Assembly (NCBI GenBank): GCA_002269645.1 | Contig: NIVC01000507.1 | Location: forward strand, 434,001 to 498,000 | Source: Macrostomum lignano | Taxonomy: Eukaryota | Reading direction: 5' to 3' | DNA length: 64,000 nt | Shown: piece by piece, positions 47,705 through 59,600 of the stretch | Position numbering within the stretch: position 1 is the first letter of the stretch | How the letters are laid out: the number at the start of each line of letters is the position of its first letter | The notes under the pieces: model-generated | The model's input: the letters and a program-made list of their open reading frames with translations, nothing else | What the model was told of the DNA's origin: nothing | The model's database searches: none | Made by a program: the position numbers and the translations under genes

Positions 47705-50036
47705 CCATCTAATCTGCCTTTTCCCTTTAATACACCACCTGATCCAAGCCATGTTTTTTGTATGAAAAATAAATTTTATAAGTGATAGATTAGCCTAAAC
47801 TAATTGCTATAATTATTTCTGTTACTATATTAATAAGGCCTAAAATGGCTAAAGATAAAGATCTAGTAATTTTTGTTATAGCAGAAACTCTATTATTGAT
47901 AAAAATGATCTAATAAGTCTATTTGTCTTTTTTTCATATCATGCAATTTTTACAATTGCCATGACTTAGATGATATAAGTCCTAGCAAAGCTAAGCATAG
48001 AAGTAGCTACTAACTACAAAAATTAGCAAATATCCCCAAATTAGTGGCAGTATAGTATATTGGTATATCATGTCTAAAATATGTGTGCATCTTAATCAAT
48101 TTTTATATTTTTTTTAAATAATTAGGCTTAGCTAATAAGTCACTTATATGTTTCTGAGTTTAAAGGTATTGTATTATTTTAGTATTGTATTATTTTTACC
48201 AGTATTGTAATAGGGTCTTTTTATATGTTCTTCTAAGCTACCTATATGGCATTTAGTATTAAATTTCCTTCTGTGTCTAAATAATTATTAAAATGTAAGT
48301 AGGCCTAGTTTTGCCTTTTTAATTTTTGTTAAACTTTTTCAACTTTAAATTTGACAATAATGACTTAAAATTTGGTAGCCATATATAAAATCTTGCATAT
48401 GCTAAAAGCAAGCATTGTGGGCTTTTGAGAAAAGGCAAGGGAATAATTAGGGACTATTATATCAGTTTAAGCTCATAAAGTAAAGTCCCAAATTATCCCT
48501 TGCTTGTTCTCCCTATTCCAAGTCCAATTTTTGTTGCTTTTTTGCCAAACCTAGTTTCCTGGTGTCACTGTGAGAGGAGTGATGTATAACTTGTATACAT
48601 AGGTTCCTGGGACTTCCACTTTATGAGCTTAAATTGGCAGACTCTTTGAGTCAATATATGCAAGATTCAATTTTGAAAACTAACTTTGGTATATGCCAAT
48701 TTCAATGGTAAATTCTATAATCAATTCAAACAAACTGCACTTTGTATATTGCACTCACTTTCCCATTTGCTATATGCTAATGTTTTTTTTTGCTTACCAC
48801 CATAAAACCTCATTGTGAGCCAAGTGTGGTAAATGGTCTTGTGTATGCCAGAGTTTTCTAGTTCTAGGTACTACTAATTAAAAAGTCAGCTCCTTACTTG
48901 CCAGTTAATCAGCTTGCGTGTCCATTAGAGTCAGTAAGCCACATCCGTCAGGACGGCTACTGCATGTCTATCAGTCTGCATACAATAGATGATAATGTCT
49001 TGGTGCATAGGCCTTTGACAGTGTGTCTTGCTGCAGTGCTTGTGCAACTGGGGCCGCTGAAGATTTGCCTTGAAGCTGTGCATAGGCTGGCTGCAGACCT
49101 TCGGTGTCCTGACGGTGGAGCCATACAAGCAGAAGCCGACAAAAAGGCAATGATAGTTCAAGGCGCTGATAGTTTAAGGTGCTTCTGTATAGTGATCGTG
49201 ATTGTGATCTCTTGCTACTACCAGATGAAGCACCTTCGCTGAGCACCTTTGGTCGCATTTAACAGTGTAGAGAGGCCTCATTCTCGTCTTCTGGTGGCTT
49301 TCGTCTCGTCTCTGGCTGGGGTTGACTAAAACAGCGCAAAACAAGGGTTTGAAAAATTCTAGTTGCGAAATCAGCTTCCAATGCTTAAGATTTACTTACA
49401 GTTTTTCAGAGAGGCCTGCAATAATTAATCAGACTATTGTGCAAGGGGTCTGGCACTCTCTTAATCTTCTAATCGCTTTTTGTCTCTCTCTGACCGTTGT
49501 TTTTTAAGACTAAAAAAATTTTAAGTCATTACATTTGCATGAAATAATTAAGTGGCGTGGTAATACCTCTAAGGCGGCCGGCCAACCTTTGAAGTTTGAA
49601 CATTGTCCTAATTCAGTCGAGCAAGCCAGACAGTCGCTAGACTAGCTATGCTAACTGACTCCCTGTACAACAAGGCCAAAGGAAGGGGTTGATAGTCAAG
49701 TTGATCACTCGCAGCTGAAGTGAAAGATCTATGCTGTCGAGTTGAGAAATCGAGATAGCAGTAGAGAGAAGTCCAGGTTAACTTGACTAAGAAATTGATA
49801 AGAGCAGGGAGAGCCAAGCACTGGGCAGATCAATCTAGGGGTCGGTGTTGAGTAAACCGCTTCTGTGCCTTCTGATTGACCATTGCATTCTTCTTGCCTT
49901 GCGAACATTATCTCTGTTATATAGGTATATAGACTAGACTCCGAGACCAATTTGAGCTCCGTCTGTCTTTCAGGTTTAAATCTCTCTAAAATCTCGACCA
50001 GCACCGGTTTAAAAAAAGTCAGAAAATTAAACAAGA

Positions 50037-53000
50037 ATGAGCATATTATTTGCTGTTGTACGCGCGGTTACCTACGTGTACGACTTTGTCACCTGGCCTC
50101 TGTATTATTTTTTGTACGCGCCAGATGAAGTTGCTAAAAATAGTAGGAAAGTTCGAGCTAAACGGCTTAGTAACGATCCGGAGTCGCCTTGGCGCTGCGT
50201 CGAATCCATGGACAAGCTGGTTGAGAAGCCTACTTTAGCTGTTGACAGCATGGCTGATATGCTGCGCATTGCTGTCGCTAAATACCCGAGCAAACGGTGC
50301 TTGGGCACACGCGAGCTGCTGTCGGAGGAAGACGAGGTTCGTTAGCGATGGAGTTTTATTTGCTTATTTGCTTAAGTCAGATTATAGATTGGGGTCAGCA
50401 CCGACTGCGGTTGGGTGTCAGCAACTACTGCGGTTGGGTGTCAGCACAGACTGCGGTTGGGTGTCAGCACAGACTGCGGTTGGGTGTCAGCACAGACTAC
50501 GGTTGGGTGTCAGCACAGACTGCGGTTGGGTGTCAGCACAGACTGCGGTTGGGTGTCAGCACAAACTGCGGTTGGGTGTCAGCAACTACTGGGGTTGGGT
50601 GTCAACAAACTACTGGGGTTGGGTGTCAGCACAAACTGGGGTTGGGTGTCAGCACAAACTGGGGTTGGGTGTCAGCACAAACTGGGGTTGGGTGTCAGCA
50701 CAAACTGGGGTTGGTGTCAGCACAAACTGGGGTTGGTGTCAGCACAAACTGGGGTTGGGTGTCAGCACAAACTGGGGTTGGGTGTCAGCACAAACTGGGG
50801 TTGGGTGTCAGCACAAACTGGGGTTGGGTGTCAGCACAAACTGGGGTTGGGTGTCAGCACAAACTGGGGTTGGGTGTCAGCACAAACTGGGGTTGGGTGT
50901 CAGCACAAACTGGGGTTGGGTGTCAGCACAAACTGGGGTTGGGTGTCAGCACAAACTGGGGTTGGGTGCCAGCACAAACTGGGGTTGGGTGTCAGCAACT
51001 ACTGGGTTGGTGTCAGCACAGACGGGTTGGGTGTCTTATAAAGTCGCAGTTATCTTATCAATTGTAGCGCCAGCCCAATGGCCGCGTATTCAAAAAGCTC
51101 TGCTTCGGCGATTATCACTGGGAGACTTACGAGGAGGTCAACATCCGGGTTGACAATTTCGGCCGAGGCTTGGCCAACCTCGGCATGAAGCCGACTAAGA
51201 GGATTCTCGTATTCGCCGAGACCCGAGCCGAATGGCAAATCTGCGTTAACGCCGCTTTCCGATTTAATCACCCCGTGGTGACGCTATATTCCACTTTGGG
51301 CGACGACGCCATTGTCTATGGGATTAACCAGGCCGAGGTGGACATTGTCATCACGTCGGACAGTTTGGTCTCCAAGTTTAAAAATTTGTTGCCGAAAATT
51401 TCCCAGGTTGGAGTTTGTAACCTTGAGAATATTTTGATAGTGTCTAGTCTGTCTCAGCTTCAGTCTCACCTGTCTTATCTACTGTCTCACCTGTCTTATC
51501 TACTGTGTCACCTGTCTTATCTACTGTCTCACCTGTCTTATCTACTGTCTCACCTGTCTTATCTACTGTGTCACCTGTCTTATCTACTGTCTCACCTGTC
51601 TTATCTACTGTGTCACCTGTATTATCTACTGTCTCACCTGTCTTATCTACTGTCTCACCTGTCTTATCTACTGTGTCACCTGTCTTATCTACTGTGTCAC
51701 CTGTCTTATCTACTGTCTCACCTGTCTTATCTACTGTCTCACCTGTCTTATCTACTGTATCACCTGTCTTATCTACTGTCTCACCTGTCTTATCTACTGT
51801 CTCACCTGTCTTATCTACTGTCTCACCTGTCTTATCTACTGTGTCACCTGTCTTATCTACTGTCTCACCTGTCTTATCTACTGTCTCACCTGTCTTAACT
51901 TACTGTCTCACTTGTCTTATCTACTGTCTCACCTGTCTTATCTACTGTCTCACCTGTCTTATCTACTGTCTCACCTGTATTATCTACTGTGTCACCTGTC
52001 TTATCTACTGTCTCACCTGTCTTATCTACTGTCTCACCTGTCTTAACTTACTGTCTCACTTGTCTTATCTACTGTCAGACAGTAGATACATGCGCAACCT
52101 TGGGAATCACCCGGCCGTTTCTATTGGCAACACACACATGTAAGTCGCTATTGGCTGAGAGCAGTCACGTGACTACTATTCTGTCCAATAGCGACACAAA
52201 TGTGTGTGTTGCCAATAGAAACGGCCGAGTGAATCCCAAGGTTGCACCCAAGCATGTACTGTCTCACCTGTCTTATCTATTGCCTCACCTGTCCTAGCTA
52301 CCATATCACCTGTCCTAGCTACCATATCACCTGTCCTAGCTACCATCTCACCTGTCCTAGCTACCATATCACCTGTCCTAGCTGCCATCTCACCTGTCCT
52401 AGCTGCCATCTCACCTGTCCTAGCTACCATCTCACCTGTCCTAGCTACCATCTCACCTGTTCTAGCTACCATCTCACCTGTCCTAGCCACCATCTCACCT
52501 GTATTATCTACTGTTTCACCTGTCCTAGCCACTGTCACTAATCCGCCCCGTAGGTGAAGCACATAATCTACATGGACAACGGCGTATTCGGCGGCTCCAA
52601 AGATCCCAAACTGCAGCTGGGCGAAATCAATGGAGTCCAATTCCATGCCATGACCAGCGTTGAACGGCTCGGCAAGCAGCAGGCGGCCGCCAAGTCCACC
52701 CAGTCGGCCGCATCGTCGCCGAAGAGCGGCGATCTAGCCGTGATTATGTACACTAGTGGCAGCACTGGCCTACCCAAAGGCGTCATGATCACCCATGGCA
52801 ACCTGATGGCAACGATTGCTAGCGCAGTAGATCGTATACCTCAGTTTGGTCGCCGACCGGACGACACTTATATTGGCTACCTGCCGCTGGCTCACGTGCT
52901 CGAATTAGTTGCCGAACTGGCTTGTCTAACAGGCGGCGTGCCTATTGGCTATAGCAGTCCACTAACGCTTAGCGACGTGTCAAACAAAATCAAGAAAGGC

Positions 53001-54886
53001 ACCAAAGGCGATATTAGCGTGTTGAAGCCTACGCTGATGGCCGCCGTGCCAGCTATTATGGACCGGATCTCTAAGAATGTCTGGGAGAAGGTTAACGACG
53101 GCGGCGCCGTGTCTAAGGCGCTGTTCAATTGGGCCTACGATTATAAAAAGGATCGAATGCTGCGCGGTATGCCTTCGCCTCTGCTGGACAAGATTATATT
53201 TAATAAGGTTGGTTGGCCTTTACCTACGAGTAATTGTTCTTGATTGCATGTGCTTAGGTTGCATAGATTTATGGTGTGCTGGTTGATAAATTTAATTAGA
53301 TGGTTGGCTGTGGATGAGGCTTAATTAGTGGGGTGGTGGGTGAGGCCAATTAGTGGGGTGGTGGGTGAGGCCAATTAGTGGGGTGGTGGGTGAGGCCAAT
53401 TAGTTGGGTGGTGGGTGAGGCCAATTAGTGGGGTGGTGGGTGAGGCCAATTAGTGGGGTGGTGGGTGAGGCCAATTAGTGGGGTGGTGGGTGATAAACTC
53501 AATGAGTCGTGGCTGCAGCCAATCAGAATGTAACGCAATTCTCAAATCCATCAAACGTCACCTCATTCGGCCCCAATTTCCCGATAAAAAATCGCAGGTA
53601 AAATACCTACTAGGCGGCCGTGTACGCGTTATGCTCAGCGGCGGCGCCCCGCTGTCAACTGAGACGCAACGATTTATGAACGTCTGCTTCGGCATCCCAA
53701 TAGTGCAAGGCTACGGCCTGACTGAGACCACCGGAGCTGGCACAGTGCAGACTGTTGACGATATCAGCACTGGCCGGGCTGGGCCGCCTCTGGCTTGCTG
53801 TCAGATCCGCCTGCGCGACTGGGCAGAAGGCGGCTACAGCAGCCGGGACCAGCCGTGTCCACGCGGCGAAGTACTAATTGGCGGCAATAACGTGACGCTT
53901 GGCTATTTTAAAATGCCGGACAAGACTAAAGAGGATTTCTTTGTCGATTCCGATGGGATTCGCTGGTTTTGCACGGGCGACATCGGACTGTTCAATGTTA
54001 ACGGCACTTTGGAGATTGTCGATAGGAAGAAGGATCTAGTTAAACTGCAGGGTGGCGAGTATATTTCGCTTGGCAAAGTTGAGACTGCTCTGGGCGTCTC
54101 AGCCTTTGTTGAACAACTGTGTGTCTATGGCGATAGTTTCAAGGATCACACGGTGGCTATTGTTGTGCCGAAGAAGACTCAGGTTGGTTGCTGTTTGATT
54201 GTTTGTTTGCTTTGCAGATTTGTAGAATTGTGTCAGGTAGATTTGTAGAACTCTGTCAGGCAGATTTGTAGAATTGTGTCAGATTTGCAGAATTGTGTCA
54301 TATTTTTAGAATTGTGTCACTGAGATTTGTAGAATTGTGTCAAATTTTTAGAACTGTCAGGTTTTTAGAATTGTGTCCGATTTGCAGAATTGTGTCAGAT
54401 TTGCAGAATTGTGTCAGATTTGCAGAATTGTGTCAGATTTGCTAAATTGTGTCAGATTTGCTAAATTGTGTCAGATTTGCAGAATTGTGTCAGATTTGCA
54501 GAATTGTGTCGGATTTACAGAATTGTGTCAGATTTGTTAAACCGTGTCAGGTGGATTTGAAGAACTAAATGAATTATCCAATTTCAATTCTTCAGGTAAT
54601 GCAGCTAGCCGAGAAGCTGGGCATCTCTGGCGACACCGACGCCACAGGTGACAGCTACGAGTCGCTATTAAAGAACAAAGCGATTAAAGATGCCGTATTG
54701 AAAGATCTGCAGTCGAAAGCGGCTGGCAAAGTGGAACGATTTGAACTGCCTACCCGGGTGTACCTGACCTCAGAGCAGTGGACGCCGGAGTCTGGCCTCG
54801 TCACCGACGCTCTCAAACTCAAGCGCCGCCAGCTGCAGGATCATTTCCAGTCTGAAATTGACCGGATGTACTCTGGCTCTGTTTAG
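50037..54886 (+). CDS. ACSL3/4: Long-chain fatty acyl-CoA synthetase, ACSL3/ACSL4 type (722 aa, 5 exons)
   Basis: Exons 50037-50336, 51068-51406, 52554-53207, 53598-54182, 54596-54886, all phase 0 GT-AG. Motifs: QPNGRVFKK, IMYTSGSTGLPKG, YLPLAHVLE, QGYGLTET, TGDIG, DRKKDLVKLQGGEY, LVTDALKLKR. Confidence 0.96.
50390..51035. repeat. 23-bp minisatellite (TGGGTGTCAGCACAAACTGGGGT)n in ACSL intron 1
   Basis: Direct read. Confidence 0.93.
51462..52075. repeat. 21-bp minisatellite (CTGTCTCACCTGTCTTATCTA)n in ACSL intron 2
   Basis: Direct read. A variant 21-bp array (CACCTGTCCTAGCTACCATCT)n follows at ~52262-52535. Confidence 0.93.
52087..52258. mobile_element. Palindromic MITE (TACATGCGCAAC family), copy 2
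   Basis: Aligns with 44477-44650, including the left flank. Confidence 0.8.
53322..53490. repeat. 25-bp minisatellite (AATTAGTGGGGTGGTGGGTGAGGCC)n in ACSL intron 3
   Basis: About 6 copies. Confidence 0.9.
54215..54550. repeat. 20-bp minisatellite (TTTGCAGAATTGTGTCAGA)n in ACSL intron 4
   Basis: Direct read. Confidence 0.9.
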
Positions 54887-56657
54887 AGCTATAAAGTCAC
54901 CTGCTTGTTGAGAGACTCATCTGTTGCTGATTTCAAAAAGTACAATCGGTTATGCTTGTCAGGATGTCAGCTGCTATAACTTCTATTTCGTCATCAACTC
55001 TACCCGTTGAAAAACGTTACTGGGGAAAAGAATCGCTAAAGAGTCATTGCAAACAACTAATTAGTGGATCTGGGACGACTCTTGTGACTTTTTAAAGACT
55101 GTTGAGAAGTGGAAAAGTCGCGGAAAAAATTCGGTTGTGTTGGCGCTCAACTTTCTACTAACTCAAGTAGACAAGATAGAGTTGTTGACAAAGATTTAGA
55201 AGTTAAAATATAGCAATTGTGGGGTGGTGACTTCGCTTCATGGTTTTTTAGATGCTTTTTAGATACTACTAAATTAAGTAGTAGTAGTTTCACTTAAGTA
55301 GTAAGTTTTCTTCTTACGTCTTCTTCCGAGGCAAAAATAAGTTTAGCATAATCATTTTAATTAATGATTATAAATTAAATTACAAAGCTATTTAACAAAT
55401 GGACACTCTGTCTTCAATGTAGTACTACTTTAGTGAGTAGTTGGTGTGAATTCATAAATCTGTATCTTGACATTTTTTCTTTCTCTGATTGTGTTTTTAT
55501 TTTATCTTGTCGCGTTATAATACGAGTGGATGATCTTTCTATATTTATTAGCATAATTTTTAATAATAAGCCTAATCTGCGATTTCTGAGGTATTTTGTA
55601 ACGCCCTCTGGCCATTGTGTGTTTAGTTAGTTTATTACTATTACCAGTAGTTATTATTAGTCTATTTGGAAATTCTATTTTAAAAAAAACAGTTGTTTAT
55701 TTTTGCTTTTTTCTGCTTGATTTTGTTTATTGTGTTCAATGTTGATAAAGTTGAGTGTTAATCTGATAAATCTAAGCTTCTAACTTGATAAACTGAATAG
55801 GATCCAGTTTTGTAAAATTCTAACTTAATTTAGTCAAGCCTTCATTTAATCGAGGTTAGTATTACTCGTATTATTATTATTATACTATGTTTCATTATTA
55901 TGTATACTACGCAGTCATTAGCAAAAGTTTACTAATATAATTTTGAAGTATTTTATTAATTATATTCGTCCTATCCTAATAGCAAGCAAAAACGTAAGCC
56001 ATAACGCTTTAACAAGATTTTTAGTTCATTGTTTATTAATTTGTGTTGTTCGCTTGCGCTTGTCTTTTTGTTTTTTGTTGTTATTTTGTTATACTACTAA
56101 TATTCTTGTCTATTTATATTTGCTAAGCCCGACTTACATTTTGTTTTGCTTTGTTTATTTAGCACAATCACAGATACGGGTGTGCTATTACAATGACACT
56201 CTTTTTTTCAAATGCATTGGCACCTGCTTTAGTTAGTTATGTATTAGTAGCACACCCATAATATTGTACATCTAACGATCTATTTTGGCCACCTTTTGTT
56301 AAATTAAGAACATTGTGAGACATGTGGATTGAAAATGAAAATAAACTTCAACTGATGTACTTTAATCGACGGTTTAAAGCAGACACACCGAATTTGTGCG
56401 TTTAAAGAAATGTCTGGCAGTTAAAAATGCTTGTTTGCTAATTTAACCGGAATTTGTGTTGATTTTTTAAAACATTCTGCCGTAGCGATTTAATTTCTAA
56501 CTGATCTATAACCAAAAATGCCACGATTAGTAGGAACACATTAAATATTGTATTTTAGGGTCTATTTATTTAGAGTCTAGAATTGTCTAGTTGTACGCTA
56601 CTGCTGATAGTAGAAATACGAACATTTTCTCCTATTTTACAATTCTAGTCATGAGTC

Positions 56658-59600
56658 ATGAGTGCAAATGATTCGAAAAAATAATTACTGAAGCCGGCGT
56701 TCGTATACGGTTGGCGACCAGTTACGACAGCCCAAGCGGTCACGCGCGCGGCGCTGACGACGAAGCTGGCGCCGGTAACGGCGGCGGCGCGTTTTTTAAT
56801 CCCAAAATGCGCTGCAATCGAGCATTCGTTTGCGCGTCTTTGGCCGCGCTTGTTGAATCGCGCGATCCGGTCAGCGGGCCAATTGACTGTCTTGACGGCT
56901 TCTCAGCCTCTGGCGCTATGGCGCTTCAGTGGAAGGCAAGTTTTGCATTGTATTTTTTATCAGCGACAATCTTCCAGGAACCTTACTGAGTATTCTCTTA
57001 TCCTAACCGATATCAAATTTATCGATATCAAACTCCTGTAATTATCGAGATGAAACTCCTATAATTATCGATATCAAACTCCTAAAGTTATCAATATCAA
57101 ATCCCTATAATCATCGATATCAAACTGCTATAATTATCGAGATGAAACTCCTATATTCATCGATATCAAACTCCTATAATTATCGATATCAAACTCCTAT
57201 AATTATCGATATTAAACTCCTATAATTATCGATATCAAACTCCTATAATTATCGATATCAAACTCCTATAATTATCGATATTAAACTCCAATAATTATCG
57301 ATATCAAACTCCTATAATTATCTATATGAAACTCCTATAATTATCGATATCAAACTCCTATAATTATCGATATCAAACTCCTATAATTATCGATATCAAA
57401 CTCCTATAATTATCGATATCAAACTCCTATAATTATCGATATCAAACTGCTATAATTATCGATATCAAACTCCTATAACTATCGAGATGAAACTCCAAAA
57501 TTAATCGATATTAAACTCCTATAATTATCGATATGAAACTTCTATTATTATAGATATGAAACTTCTATAATTATCTATATGAAAATATGAAATTATATAT
57601 ATGTAATTATTATAGTAAGTATATAGTAATTATATGAATATGAAACTATATAATTATCGATATCAAACTCCTATAATTATCGATATCAAACTCCTAAAGT
57701 TATCGAAAGCAAACTTCTATAATTATCGATATCAAACTCCAAAATTAATCGATATTAAACTCCTATAATTATCGATATGAAACTTCTATAATTATCGATA
57801 TGAAACTTCTATAATTATCGATATCAAACTCCTATAATTATCGATATTAAACTCCAATAATTATCGATATGAAACTTCTATATTTATCGATATCAAATCC
57901 CTATAATTATCGATGTCAAACTCCTGTAATTATCGAGATGGAACTCCTATAATTATCGATATCAAACTCCTAAAGTTATCAATATCAAATCCCTATAATC
58001 ATCGATATCAAACTCCTATAATTATCGAGATGAAACTCCTATAATCATCGATATCAAACTCCTATAATTATCGATATCAAACTCCTATAATTATCGAGAT
58101 GAAACTCCTAAATTTATGGATAGCAAACTTCTATAATTATCGATATCAAACTCCAAAATTAGTCGATATTAAACTCCTATAATTATCGATATGAAACTTC
58201 TATAATTATCGATATGAAACTTCTATAATTATCGATATCAAACTCCTATAATTATCGATATCAAACTCCTATGATTTACTATCAAATCATCGATGAAACT
58301 CCTATTATCGATGATTCACTCTATTCTTACTGACTAAGTACTCCTCTTTTGGTAATTTGTAATAAAAAAATTTCCCCTGTGTTCCTATCCTACCATTGCC
58401 ACACCAATTGTCTCAACCGCAGACCCGGCTGGTCTCAAAAATCCGCGTTCTCGCCGTCGACCGTTGCCCATCGGCGATGTCGGCTCTGGAGGCCAACTGC
58501 GAATTGAACGGCGTCCACTGGCGTCGGGTTCGACCGCACGAGGTTGCCGAGCAGTTCTCCACCGACTGCGGCTCCGGCAAGCTGAAGATTCTGGTAAATC
58601 TAGTTTTATGAATGTTCGCTTTTCTAGTGTTCGTTGAAGGCAAACCTAGTGACATATCTTTAAAAAGTATTCTGTCTTACTTTGATCGTTTCCTGCAACG
58701 CCAGCTTGATTATCGATGTAAAGATCTCAATTATCGATACACCAATCTCAATTATCGATACACCAATCTCAATTATCGATGTAAAGATCTTAATTATCGA
58801 TACACCAATCTCAATTATCGATTCACCAATCTCAATTATCGATACACCAATCTCAATTATCGATACACCAATCTCAATTATCGATGTAAAGATCTTAATT
58901 ATCGATACACCAATCTCAATTATCGATTCACCAATCTCAATTATCGATGTAAAGATCTTAATTATCGATACACCAATCTCAATTATCGATACACCAATCT
59001 CAATTATCGATGTAAAGATCTTAATTATCGATACACCAATCTCAATTATCGATTCACCAATCTCAACTATCGATACACCAATCTCAATTAGCGATACATT
59101 AATCTCAATTATCGATTCACCAATCTCTATTATCGATACAACAAACTCAACTATCGATACACCAATCTCAAATTATTGATACCCATTCGCAATTATCGAT
59201 GCACCAATCTAAATTATCGATATCCCAATCTCAAATTATTGATACCCATTCGCAATTAACGATGTCCTAATGTTGCAATTATCGACACCCATTCGCAATT
59301 ATTGATGTCCTAATCTTAATTATCTATGTCTTAATATCAATTATCGATGTCTTATTCTTAATTATTATATCCCAAAATTTAATTATCGATGTCCTAATCT
59401 TAATTATCGATGTCCCAATCTTAATTATCGATGTCCTAATCTTAATTATTATGTCCCAAAATTCAATTATCGATGTCCGAATGAGTCTCAATTATCGATG
59501 TCCGAATGAGTCTCAACTATCGATGTCCGAATGAGTCTCAACTATCGATGTCCGAATGAGTCTCAACTATCGATGTCCCAATATTCAATTATTGGTGCCC

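Noticed and set aside
48898-49260. GC-balanced island with several overlapping ORFs
   Set aside because: No recognisable motif or splice partners in any frame. Left unannotated.
50242-52646. Repetitive ORFs 50242..51153, 50297..51067, 51505..52143, 52176..52646 and the LSHLSYL tail of 51170..51898
   Set aside because: They are intronic arrays. The ACSL frame splices cleanly around them.
58612-59179. ORFs with YRYTNLN / IIDTPIS repeats, and similar repeat ORFs at 9830-10316 and 41081-41535
   Set aside because: By-products of 21-, 60- and 39-bp arrays.
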